Shown: one piece after another, positions 38,360-47,822 of the stretch
Layout: each line of letters starts with the position of its first letter
Numbering within the stretch: the stretch's first letter is position 1
Assembly (NCBI GenBank): GCA_903831595.1
Contig: CAIKXY010000007.1
Location: 3,944 to 67,943 of the forward strand
Length of the DNA stretch: 64,000 nt
Origin: an uncultured bacterium
Lineage (GTDB): Bacteria > Patescibacteriota > Minisyncoccia > Phycocordibacterales > GWA1-40-21
Direction of reading: 5' to 3'
Program-made: the position numbers and the translations under genes
The notes under the pieces: generated by a model
Seen by the model: the letters and a program-made list of their open reading frames with translations, nothing else
Databases searched by the model: none
Told to the model about the DNA's origin: nothing

Positions 38360-38713
38360 CTACTTATAAATCACCTCAATAATTTTTTCTGTATTTCTAC
38401 CAAATTTATCACTAGCTTTTATGACAATTGCATTATATCCATATGATAATAAAACCTGCTCTTTAAAATTTCCTTGCTCATCAATAAATATTTTTCTGTC
38501 ATCCAAGCTTATGTCTTTGATATTTTTCGCAATTCCAGATACTTCTGTTAAAGAATCAGATACCAAGGCTCCATTTTTGGGGGAGAGTACAGTAATTCTT
38601 GGTCCAAATAAGACTCTTTGTATTTCAAACCCAGTGTAGATCAAAACAAATAATGTGATTACTGAAATAATAATTATTTTAAGCAATTTTCTTGTTGCAT
38701 GTCTGTCTGTCAT
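38360..38713 (-). CDS. small TM-anchored protein (hypothetical), downstream of ftsK
   Basis: 117 aa with an N-terminal TM ([16 protein letters not shown]). Its start lies 2 nt after the ftsK stop. Confidence 0.45.
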   Translation of the reverse strand: MTDRHATRKLLKIIIISVITLFVLIYTGFEIQRVLFGPRITVLSPKNGALVSDSLTEVSGIAKNIKDISLDDRKIFIDEQGNFKEQVLLSYGYNAIVIKASDKFGRNTEKIIEVIYK

Positions 38714-38715
38714 GG

Positions 38716-40995
38716 CTATAAGTAGTCTCCCTCATTATGCTCAACCCCTTCAAGTGGTTTTTCTTCAACATCTTCAACTTTACTTGCCCCAATAACTTCT
38801 CTTGCTTTTGCTCCATCACCTGGACCAATAACTCCTTTTTGTTCAAGTAAATCTATAAGTCTAGCGGCTCTTGAATATCCAACTCGAAGCTTTCTTTGTA
38901 TATATGAAGTTGAAGCCTTTCCAGCCCTCAAAACTTCCTCCTTGGCTTGTTCGTATAGTTCATCGTCCGCATCATCATCTAAGCTGTTGAATACACCAAC
39001 TCCGTCACTTTCTCCACCTTTTGCGACTTCTGCAAGGTCAATTTCTCCACCTATAAGCTCATTTTTATATTCATCAACTAAATATTTCACCACATCTTTT
39101 ACTTCTTTTTCAGAAACAAAAGCAGATTGAATTCTGATAGGTTTTGACATTTCTCCTCCCATAAATAGCATGTCTCCAGCACCGAGAAGTTTTTCTGCAC
39201 CCGGAGTATCTAAAATTGTTCGTGAATCGATTTGTGATACAACTTGGAGTGCAATTCTTGAAGGAATGTTTGCTTTAATAATACCAGTAATAACATTTAC
39301 GCTAGGTCTTTGTGTCGAAATTATAAGGTGAATACCAACAGCTCTGCTCATCTGTGCCAAGCGGACGATACCAGCCTCAAGCTCACGTGGATAAGCCATC
39401 ATAATATCTGCAAGTTCATCAATGACAATAACAATGTATGGCATTGGTTCTGGAGCGGTATGTTTTTCTGGGTTGTAAGTACCTTTTTTCTTTAATTCAT
39501 CAATTTTCTTTATTTCAGGAGCCAAAATATTTTTATGATATGAATCAATATCTTTTACAGCCATTGATTCTAAAATATCATATCTGCGATCCATTTCTTT
39601 TGTTGCCCATTTCAAAGCAAGAATTGTTTTCTTTGCATCGGTAATTACAGGTGTGAGAAGGTGGGGAATTTTGTTATACAAAGTAAGCTCAACTCTTTTT
39701 GGGTCAATCATAATGAATCTCATACTTTCTGGTGAATTTCTGTAAAGCAAAGATGTAATAATTGCATGAATGGTAACGGATTTTCCAGAACCAGTAGCAC
39801 CAGCGACAAGAACGTGGGGCATTTTTGCAATGTTAACGAAATGTGATTTTCCAGAAATACCTTTTCCAAGTGTTACGAGCAAAGGTTTGTCTGATTTTTG
39901 AAATTCTTCAGAGCCAATAAGCATTGAAAGACCGACTGTGGATTTTATTGAATTCGGTATCTCAATACCCACGAGAGACTTCCCGGGTATTGGCGCTTCA
40001 ATTCTAAGTGGGTGGGCAGCAAGGGCAAGTGACAAGTCATTTTGCAGTCCTAAAATTCTTGAAATTTTTACACCCTCTGCAGGTTTTAATGCATATCTTG
40101 TGACAGAAGGGCCGATTGAAACTTCATCCATTTCCACATCGATGCCAAAATTTTGCAAAGTTCTTTTTATTATATTTGCGTTCGCTTTTATGTCACCAGA
40201 AACAACTCTACCTTTATCATCTTCAAGTAAAGATAGTGGGGGAGGAACATATTTTGTACTACCAACGGCGCGTGGGTTGTATTTAATCCCTGATTCTTCA
40301 TCCTCGTTAGTTTTTACAAAGAAACCTTTTGACTGTTTTTTGTCTCTTTTGTCCTCTTTTTCTTTTTCAGCTTCATCTGCTTTTTCTTCATCTTCCTCTG
40401 CTTTGTCAGCAATCATTTTAATGTCTTCGTCGGCGTTTTCATCTTCCTCTTTTTCTTTCTTTTTCCAAAACATTAATGAATCAATTGTAAGCTTTGTTTC
40501 AAATAAAATTAAGAAGGAAATAATTAATAGTGCAATTAATATTATTGCACTCGCGTAAAATCCAAACATTTTTAAAAGGGGAGTGGAAATAACCCATCCA
40601 ACATAACCACCTTGGGCGATCCAATATTGTGTTGAGATTAAATTAATAAGCCCAAGCCCTGAAATAAAAAAGAAAAGGCCGCCAAAAATTTTTAATTTGT
40701 TTAAATTTTTTTCTTCCGCCTTAAAAAATGAAATACCGAGCATAAGAAAAAATACTGGCAAAAGAAAATACCCAATACCCAGAAACAAGAAGAGTATTTT
40801 AAAAATCTCTTTACCGACTGGGCCGGCAAAACTTCCGCCATCAGAATTATTGATAGATGCGAGAATAAAAATAATTGCAAGTACAATGAAAACCACAGCA
40901 AAAATTCCTTGCCTAGTTTGATGTTTAATTCCGCTTAGAATATTTTCCTTCGATGATTTTTGGAGCGTTTTTTTGTCTTTATTTTTTTTAGCCAT
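38716..40995 (-). CDS. ftsK: DNA translocase FtsK/SpoIIIE
   Basis: N-terminal TM helices, K/E/D-rich linker, motor domain with VAGATGSGKSV Walker A, and a C-terminal gamma wHTH (YIQRKLRVGYSRAARLIDLLEQKGVI). Confidence 0.85.
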   Translation of the reverse strand: MAKKNKDKKTLQKSSKENILSGIKHQTRQGIFAVVFIVLAIIFILASINNSDGGSFAGPVGKEIFKILFLFLGIGYFLLPVFFLMLGISFFKAEEKNLNKLKIFGGLFFFISGLGLINLISTQYWIAQGGYVGWVISTPLLKMFGFYASAIILIALLIISFLILFETKLTIDSLMFWKKKEKEEDENADEDIKMIADKAEEDEEKADEAEKEKEDKRDKKQSKGFFVKTNEDEESGIKYNPRAVGSTKYVPPPLSLLEDDKGRVVSGDIKANANIIKRTLQNFGIDVEMDEVSIGPSVTRYALKPAEGVKISRILGLQNDLSLALAAHPLRIEAPIPGKSLVGIEIPNSIKSTVGLSMLIGSEEFQKSDKPLLVTLGKGISGKSHFVNIAKMPHVLVAGATGSGKSVTIHAIITSLLYRNSPESMRFIMIDPKRVELTLYNKIPHLLTPVITDAKKTILALKWATKEMDRRYDILESMAVKDIDSYHKNILAPEIKKIDELKKKGTYNPEKHTAPEPMPYIVIVIDELADIMMAYPRELEAGIVRLAQMSRAVGIHLIISTQRPSVNVITGIIKANIPSRIALQVVSQIDSRTILDTPGAEKLLGAGDMLFMGGEMSKPIRIQSAFVSEKEVKDVVKYLVDEYKNELIGGEIDLAEVAKGGESDGVGVFNSLDDDADDELYEQAKEEVLRAGKASTSYIQRKLRVGYSRAARLIDLLEQKGVIGPGDGAKAREVIGASKVEDVEEKPLEGVEHNEGDYL

Positions 40996-41368
40996 TTATA
41001 TTTATTTAGTATAAACTTTTAATTTACAATATTATAACTTAATCCAATTATATCAAATTTTTTTTATTATTTCTTGTTATATTTTGTCGATAATTTTTTT
41101 CGGCTATTCTTTATGGTATTAATTTCTTAAATATTTTTTTATACACATATAAAAAAAATAAATCACTAACATATTCAGTAAAATTTAGGTCTATTGCCAC
41201 AGTAATAAAGAATGTTTCGCAATGGTGTATTTGCTCTTTACAATTTTTTACGGACATAATATTATTATCTAACTTAACCATTTGTCCAATAAGTTCTTTT
41301 AAAGACAAAATTAAAAGGACAGTAATATAATAAAGGACGTTTTATTAAAGACAATAATCAACTTAATT

Positions 41369-42193
41369 ATGGAAAACAATAACCAAAATAATTTAGTTAA
41401 TTCTCAAGGTAAAAATAACTCTATTGTTAAAGCCGATATTGGAATATTGTTTGATGGTGACTCTTACGGACTATTTATTTTTCAAAAGACAGAAAAGCTA
41501 GTAAAAGGAATATATCTGCTCACTAGCCATATGTCTGATAAAGAGCCAATGAAAGAAAGAGCTCGACATATTTCTCACAAGATGCTTGGTAGCGTTTTGG
41601 AAATGTCCGATAGAATTTGGGGCGAAGAAACATATCATAAAAATCTACTGTCAGCTATTACTGAAATATCAACCCTTTTTGATATTGCAGAACACACCAA
41701 AATGATATCAAGAAATAACCACCATATAATTAACACAGAATTGACAAAATTAGCTAATTTTTTGATTACTTCGGCGTCGAATTATTCTTCAGCAAAGATC
41801 GCTTTTGAACCGAATCTTTTTGATGGAGATTATAATTTTGTGCAAGATCAGGTCTTTCCAAATTCGCATCAGAACCAAAACCATATCAAAAGTGATTTTG
41901 TAAAGGACAATTATAAAGGACAGACTCAATCGGACAGAACAACCATAAACAGTGATATGTCTTTAACAAAAAATGTTGTCCCAGAAAAAATCATAAAGGA
42001 CAAAAATAATAGGCAAGAAATAATACTCTCAATGTTAAAAAGCGGGGTTAAACTAACCATCAAGGATTTTGCAAAGAATATAAAGGGTTGTAGTGAAAAA
42101 ACAATCCAACGAGAACTTCTATCACTTGTTTCGAAAGGTGTCCTAAAGAAAGAAGGGGAGAGAAGATGGTCAAAATATTTTATCATAAAATAA
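41369..42193 (+). CDS. hypothetical protein with C-terminal winged-HTH-like segment
   Basis: 274 aa. The C-terminus IKDFAKNIKGCSEKTIQRELLSLVSKGVLKKEG resembles a DNA-binding wHTH. Confidence 0.5.
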   Translation: MENNNQNNLVNSQGKNNSIVKADIGILFDGDSYGLFIFQKTEKLVKGIYLLTSHMSDKEPMKERARHISHKMLGSVLEMSDRIWGEETYHKNLLSAITEISTLFDIAEHTKMISRNNHHIINTELTKLANFLITSASNYSSAKIAFEPNLFDGDYNFVQDQVFPNSHQNQNHIKSDFVKDNYKGQTQSDRTTINSDMSLTKNVVPEKIIKDKNNRQEIILSMLKSGVKLTIKDFAKNIKGCSEKTIQRELLSLVSKGVLKKEGERRWSKYFIIK

Positions 42194-42199
42194 AGGACA

Positions 42200-42242
42200 A
42201 AAATAGCTCGATTTCCAAGGCCGGAAATCGAGCTATTTTTGT
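42200..42242 (+). terminator. rho-independent terminator
   Basis: ATAGCTCGATTTCC-AAGGCC-GGAAATCGAGCTAT (14-bp stem), then a T-run. Confidence 0.75.
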
Positions 42243-43121
42243 CCTTTTTTAGTGCTACATTTGTTGGTGTTTGAATCTCTATTATATCGAGCCAATTTTG
42301 GATTTAAAGATGTGGTTTAGCATTATAAAAGCCGATGCAAGATTAACTATAGTTTACATGTATTTTTTGTTGCTTTTCGATTAATAATATGTAAGAATGT
42401 ATATGTGGTCGTAATTAGTTGCAGTTTTTATTTAAAGCCTTTAATTTTTTAAGAGTTAAGCGCAGTAAATAGAAGCTTTTTTTAGTTATCCACAGTTATA
42501 TATTTTGCTAGATATTCTAACAAGATATATAATATACATTGAGATTTATTAAGTGCCAAAAAGTGCTTTATAATTCTCAAGATTTAGACGGCTGAAAGGC
42601 GGTCTAATCGGCTTAATCTGAAAGGATTAGGTTAATACAGAAATACTGATTCGGGTTTGCTCAAACCCATTTGTCAGTGGTCGAGAACTTTGACAATTGA
42701 ATATTCGGAAATACAGAAAGTTCAGTTTTAGTTTATGTAACTAATCCAACTTTTTTGTGTCGAACTCAAACACTTTAAAAAACTTTCATCTGCTCAAGGT
42801 GATCGTGTGTATGAGAATATGAAAAAGAGGGAATAGTAGAAAGAAAGTCGCGTGTGCAATGTGTTGGCCACGTGTTATCTCGAAATTTTTAGAAGGTCAT
42901 TTTAAGAATTTCAATGAGAGCAGAAACATTCATCAGGTTTAAATAAATTTGTTTTTAGTCGAAACATTTTATTTTGCTTACGATTTAATAAAATGAAAAT
43001 TTTGTTTATCAAAAAGTTCACTGGTGAGAAAATAAAGATGATTCTTTCCAACGTTATTAGTTTTTTATTAGTTAATGTTCGGGAAAGTTTTTTCTTTTAA
43101 TTTAAAAATTACAAATTAGAT

Positions 43122-46100
43122 ATGAGTAAAAAATTAATTGGTATCTTTGCGTCAGTCGCATTGGTACTTTCATTGGCAGGTGCAAATGTTGCATCAGCTT
43201 TGACAGCAAGTGATATATCTATGCTTTTAGGAGCAGGGATAATCAGTGCTTCTCAAGCCGCAACACTTACAGCTTCATTAGCTCCAGCATCAGTCACAGT
43301 GTCAGCAGGATATAACTTTGCAAAAGATTTAACAATCGGAAGCAAGGGTGCTGATGTTACAGCATTACAAAATTTGCTAGGAGTTTCTCCAGCAACAGGA
43401 TTTTTTGGAGCAAAAACAAAAGCTGCTCTTATAACATTCCAGTTGTCAAAAGGAATTACACCTGCATCAGGATATTTTGGTGCTAAAACAAGAAAAATAG
43501 CAAATGCTTCAGCAGGAACTACAGTTTCAAATGGTACAACAACAGTCGTTCCAACAGGAACAAGTGTCGCAGTATCATTAGCAGCAAGTTCACCTGTTTC
43601 AGGTGCTATTATTGCAGGTCAAGCAGCAGCTGATCTTGCGGAATATACATTCCAAAACACATCAGCAGCTCCAGCAGTTGTCACAAACGTAACATTACAA
43701 AGAGGTGGAGTATCAGCAGATACATCACTTTCAAATGTTTATTTGTTCCAAGGTGCTGTTAGATTGACAGACGCAGCAACAGTTTCAGCAGGAAAAATTA
43801 CATTTAATGCTGGACAAGGATTGTTTACAATCCCTGCAGGTTCTTCAGTTACAATAGCTGTTAAGTCAGATATTCTTCTTTCAGCAGCAGCAGGCCAGAC
43901 AGTTAATGTTTCACTTTTGAGTGTAACATTAGGGTCAACAAGCCAAGTAGTCTCAGCTGTATATCCAGTATCTGGTGCAGTCATGACAGTTGCTTCAGCA
44001 GGAGATATTTCACCACTTAGTCTTGCAAAAGTAGCAGTTAGTCAAAGTGTTACAGCAGGAACATTAAGTCAAACAATTTGGTCAGCAAATTTATCTGGTA
44101 TAACAAGATATGTCTGGTTAAAGAGTTTGGCAGTTAAAGTTATTGGTTCAATTCCTTCAAATTCACTTCAGAATTTGAATCTCTACATTTCAGGTATTCA
44201 AGCAGCTACAGCTTCTGGTGTGGATGCAAACGGTATGATCACTTTCGATCTTACTGCTAAGCCATACAAGATAGACAGCTCAAGAACTCTTGAAGTAAGA
44301 GCAGATATTGTTAATGGTTCATCAAGATCATTCTCATTATCACTTCAGAATGCAGCTGATATTTCTGTTATAGATTCAAACTATAACGTTGGAATTGCAG
44401 CTTCAGGACTTCCAATAACAACAGATAATATTTCTGTTACCGTTGGTAATGTATCTATTTCTCAGGATTCAAACTTGAGTGCTGGAAATATAGTTTACGG
44501 CTCAACAAATATTCCTTTGGCACAATACACATTAAAAGCTTATGGTGAAGATGAAAAGATTTCATATCTTAACATTTCAGCCAACCAAAAATTGTCAAAT
44601 GTTGCTTTGTACGCAAACGGCATTGCAATTTCAAGCTCACAAAATGTATTGCCAACAGCAAGCACTTTGTTTAGCTTAGGTTCTTCTTTGGTAATAGGTG
44701 CAAACCAAACAGTTACACTTACAGTTAAAGGAGATTTGAAAGATTCAACAGGTAGTAGTACTCCAGTTGGTTCTCAGGTTATTATTACTTTGGGTGGTTA
44801 TGCAAATAACACACAAGGTTCATATTCTTCACAAATGTGTACATTCCCTGGAACGGGAGGTACAATTGCTGGTTGTCCAACAGTGGTTTCTACAATTGCT
44901 GGCCCAACAATGACAATCGTCGGTGGAGGTTTGACAGTTTCTACAAATGCTTCATTTAACAACTCATCAATAACAGCCAATTCAACTGGTGTTAAGATAG
45001 GTTCGTTTAATTTGAGCTCAAACTCATCAGAACCAGTAAGAATTACTACTTTGGTGTTGGGTATTGCTTCATCAAGCACTTTACCTTTGTCAGGTTTGTC
45101 AAATTTGAAAATTTCAGATGCTAATACATCTGTAAATCCTCAAAGTTCAAACAACTTTGGAGTAAACTTCACAATCCCAGCAAATGGCACACACGTAGTA
45201 GATGTATTTGCAGATGTCGGAGCTCTAGCAGGTATTGCAAATAGCGCTTCAACAAATGTTACTAGTACAACAACAGGAACAACAGCGACATATGCTACTG
45301 GTACAATTACTGTTTCATCACCAAGTCTTCAAGCTTCAACAACAGTTAACGGGGTTCTTTATGCTGTTAACATTGCAAACGCTACACAATCAACTTCAAC
45401 AACAGCTGCACAATTAGCTACAGCTATTCAGAATGGACAATCAGGTGTTGTTACCGCAACAGCAAATGCAGGTGTTATAACACTTACATCAGTTGCAATT
45501 GGTACTGGTAACGGTATCAATACAGGTAATGCTATAACAATGGTTGCAGGAGGAAATACAGCGGTTAATGGTGCCACATTAGTTGGTGGTACAGCTGGTA
45601 CAGCATCAACTGCTACAGTCCAACCTGGTTCAATAGTTGCAGGAAACACATTTACGTTAAAAGTAAATGGTATTACATACAGCTATGTTGCTAACACAGG
45701 CGATACGAACATATCAGTTTCTGATGGTTTGAAAGCAGCTATTGGAAGTGCACTTTCTGGTATTGCTACAATTAATGCAACCGGAAATACTTCAGTTATA
45801 ATAACTGCAAGTCCAATAACATCTGCTAATAATACTATTGTTCAAGGTGTCACATCGGGAACTATTACAGGTACAACATCTTTAACAAATCAAATTATTA
45901 CAAGTTTGGCAGTCACAGCTACAGGTGTTAATAGCAATATTGATGCCTCACAAGTTACACCTATATATGGACAGGTATTGACAGTTGGAAATGGTTCATT
46001 GTCAACAACAGGTCTTGCATCAGGTATTACACCAACATCAGCACAACTTGTTATCGGTGGTTCAACATCAGCAAACGCAGTTATTGGAACATATACATTT

Positions 46101-46907
46101 AAATCAACTATCGGTACTTCAGTTATTACTGATCTTGGATTTATGGCAAGCTCTACAAACTTGAATGCGATTACATCAATTTCTGTTGGAGGAGTCACAG
46201 TTCCAGTTTCAGCAGGTGCTACAACAACAATTTCTGGTCTAAATATTCAAATCCCAGTTTCAAATGTGGGTACAAATATTCCAGTTTCTGTTGCTTATAA
46301 CACAGTTGGAGTAACAGCCGGAGGTATTACATCTGGAGTTCCAGTTCAGTTGGTATTAACTTCTGTAAAATATCAAGCAGGAAATAATACAACAACGTTC
46401 TATCCAAACAAACCAACATTGGCTATGTCACCAGTAGCTGCTTACCCACTTGTTTCTTTGGTGTCTTCATCAAGAACAGGTTTGTCAAACAGCACTTCAG
46501 TTAAATTGGCCGACATAACAATTACAGTTGTTGGTAAGACAGTTGAAATGTCTACAATTGGAGTCACTGTATCACTTGGAAAAACAGCAAGCACAACAGG
46601 CTCAGCTCTTATTCTAAAGGATAACAACAACACAATCGTAGCAACATCATCAGCCATTGGTACAGATGGTGCAAATAGAACACTTACATTTGTTCCTACA
46701 TATAACTTAGCCCCAGGTACATATAATTATGCACTATACGGCTCTGTTAGTGCCGTAACATCTGGTGTTAATACAGATTCTCTTACAACACAGCTAAGTG
46801 CACCAACAACATTAGGATGGTACGATGTCGAAGGAAATTCAAGTCTCTTAGATGCGACTTTGATCCCTTCATATAACACATCAAATCAAGCCTACTTGTC
46901 TAACTAA
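43122..46907 (+). CDS. giant secreted cell-surface protein (S-layer/adhesin-like), S/T/A/G/V-rich, with N-terminal peptidoglycan-binding-like repeat
   Basis: Signal peptide MSKKLIGIFASVALVLSLAGANVASA. Tandem GADVTALQNLLGV...GFFGAKTKAALITFQ / GYFGAKTRKI segments resemble PG_binding_1. ~1100 aa low-complexity beta-rich region. Confidence 0.7.
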   Translation: MSKKLIGIFASVALVLSLAGANVASALTASDISMLLGAGIISASQAATLTASLAPASVTVSAGYNFAKDLTIGSKGADVTALQNLLGVSPATGFFGAKTKAALITFQLSKGITPASGYFGAKTRKIANASAGTTVSNGTTTVVPTGTSVAVSLAASSPVSGAIIAGQAAADLAEYTFQNTSAAPAVVTNVTLQRGGVSADTSLSNVYLFQGAVRLTDAATVSAGKITFNAGQGLFTIPAGSSVTIAVKSDILLSAAAGQTVNVSLLSVTLGSTSQVVSAVYPVSGAVMTVASAGDISPLSLAKVAVSQSVTAGTLSQTIWSANLSGITRYVWLKSLAVKVIGSIPSNSLQNLNLYISGIQAATASGVDANGMITFDLTAKPYKIDSSRTLEVRADIVNGSSRSFSLSLQNAADISVIDSNYNVGIAASGLPITTDNISVTVGNVSISQDSNLSAGNIVYGSTNIPLAQYTLKAYGEDEKISYLNISANQKLSNVALYANGIAISSSQNVLPTASTLFSLGSSLVIGANQTVTLTVKGDLKDSTGSSTPVGSQVIITLGGYANNTQGSYSSQMCTFPGTGGTIAGCPTVVSTIAGPTMTIVGGGLTVSTNASFNNSSITANSTGVKIGSFNLSSNSSEPVRITTLVLGIASSSTLPLSGLSNLKISDANTSVNPQSSNNFGVNFTIPANGTHVVDVFADVGALAGIANSASTNVTSTTTGTTATYATGTITVSSPSLQASTTVNGVLYAVNIANATQSTSTTAAQLATAIQNGQSGVVTATANAGVITLTSVAIGTGNGINTGNAITMVAGGNTAVNGATLVGGTAGTASTATVQPGSIVAGNTFTLKVNGITYSYVANTGDTNISVSDGLKAAIGSALSGIATINATGNTSVIITASPITSANNTIVQGVTSGTITGTTSLTNQIITSLAVTATGVNSNIDASQVTPIYGQVLTVGNGSLSTTGLASGITPTSAQLVIGGSTSANAVIGTYTFKSTIGTSVITDLGFMASSTNLNAITSISVGGVTVPVSAGATTTISGLNIQIPVSNVGTNIPVSVAYNTVGVTAGGITSGVPVQLVLTSVKYQAGNNTTTFYPNKPTLAMSPVAAYPLVSLVSSSRTGLSNSTSVKLADITITVVGKTVEMSTIGVTVSLGKTASTTGSALILKDNNNTIVATSSAIGTDGANRTLTFVPTYNLAPGTYNYALYGSVSAVTSGVNTDSLTTQLSAPTTLGWYDVEGNSSLLDATLIPSYNTSNQAYLSN

Positions 46908-46957
46908 CCACTTGTGATTCTATCTATAGGATTCGCTATAGAAGAATAGGTTGAGAG

Positions 46958-46995
46958 ATAGGCCAGTCGCGCAAGCGACTGGCCTATTTCTTTTG
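46958..46995 (+). terminator. rho-independent terminator (first of three tandem hairpins)
   Basis: ATAGGCCAGTCGC-GCAA-GCGACTGGCCTAT, then TTCTTTT. Confidence 0.7.
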
Positions 46996-47020
46996 TATGA
47001 TTTACAAATTTATGATTTAC

Positions 47021-47046
47021 AAAAAACCGCCTTCGGGCGGTTTTTT
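47021..47046 (+). terminator. rho-independent terminator (second hairpin)
   Basis: AAAAAACCGCCTTCGGGCGGTTTTTT. Confidence 0.7.
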
Positions 47047-47064
47047 GCTTGCAACAAAATTAAT

Positions 47065-47095
47065 AAACTCCCCGAGGTGGAGCCTCGGGGAGTTT
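47065..47095. repeat. REP-like palindromic element copy 1 (AAACTCCCCGAGGTGGAGCCTCGGGGAGTTT)
   Basis: Hairpin CCCCGAGG-TGGAG-CCTCGGGG. The same 21-nt core occurs at 47316-47336 (loop inverted) and 47798-47818. Confidence 0.7.
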
Positions 47096-47147
47096 ATTAA
47101 CAAAAAATTTAATTAATTCTGGAACTTATGTTAAAATATTTTTAGAT

Positions 47148-47822
47148 ATGAAGAAAAAAGTTGATATTTCAATTGGTGAATATTATCACATATATAACAG
47201 AGGAGTAGAGAAGAGGGATATTTTTATCGACACCGCTGATTATCGCAGATTTATACTATTATTACATCTTTTTAATGATGAAAAACCTATAAACGTAAGA
47301 GATTTCAAAGACTCTCCCCGAGGCTCCACCTCGGGGATAAGAAAAACCCTTGTCGATATAGGGGCATATTGTCTTATGCCGAATCATTTCCATATATTGG
47401 TAAAAGAAAAAAACGAAGGAGGAGCAAGAAATTTTTTACATAAATTAATGACTGGTTACACAATGTACTTTAATAAAAGGTATGAAAGGGTAGGGCCATT
47501 ATTTCAAGGGACTTTTAAAGCAGAACACGCAAATTCTGATGAGTATCTAAAATATTTATTTTCATATATACATTTAAATCCATTAAAAATATTTGATAAA
47601 AATTGGAAAGAAAATAGTTTGGAAGAAACAGAATCACTTAAAAAATATTTAGAAAAATATGAATACTCTAGTTATCTCGATTACCACAATCCACAGAAAT
47701 ATAGTTCAGAAATTTTAAATAAAAATTCATTTCCAGATTATTTTATTTCACAACAAGATTTTGATTCAAATATCTTTGACCTGATGAGTTATAATTTCCC
47801 CGAGGTGGAGCCTCGGGGATGA
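47148..47822 (+). CDS. REP-associated tyrosine transposase (RAYT) / IS200-like Y1 HUH transposase
   Basis: YHIYNRGVEKRDIF, AYCLMPNHFHILV (HuH motif), and YTMYFNKRYERVGPLFQGTFK ... YLKYLFSYIHLNPLK (the catalytic Tyr region typical of COG1943/RAYT). Flanked by REP hairpins. Confidence 0.8.
   Translation: MKKKVDISIGEYYHIYNRGVEKRDIFIDTADYRRFILLLHLFNDEKPINVRDFKDSPRGSTSGIRKTLVDIGAYCLMPNHFHILVKEKNEGGARNFLHKLMTGYTMYFNKRYERVGPLFQGTFKAEHANSDEYLKYLFSYIHLNPLKIFDKNWKENSLEETESLKKYLEKYEYSSYLDYHNPQKYSSEILNKNSFPDYFISQQDFDSNIFDLMSYNFPEVEPRG
47316..47336. repeat. REP-like palindrome copy 2, inside the RAYT coding sequence (loop in opposite orientation)
   Basis: CCCCGAGGCTCCACCTCGGGG, encoding the linker ...SPRGSTSG... 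in frame. Confidence 0.65.
47798..47818. repeat. REP-like palindrome copy 3 at the 3' end of RAYT
   Basis: CCCCGAGGTGGAGCCTCGGGG, encoding the C-terminal ...PEVEPRG. Confidence 0.7.

Noticed and set aside
39938-40921. Plus-strand ORFs (up to 206 aa) inside ftsK
   Set aside because: Antisense to a conserved FtsK motor domain, and Ser-rich low complexity mirroring the K/E-rich linker.
41111-41308. 65-aa minus-strand ORF in the ftsK / 41369 divergent intergenic region
   Set aside because: No RBS, and it lies in the promoter region between divergent genes, so it is likely non-coding.
43739-46657. Minus-strand ORFs within the giant surface-protein gene and its repetitive DNA
   Set aside because: Antisense frames of low-complexity coding sequence. 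The repetitiveness is at amino-acid-composition level, not a tandem DNA repeat or CRISPR array.
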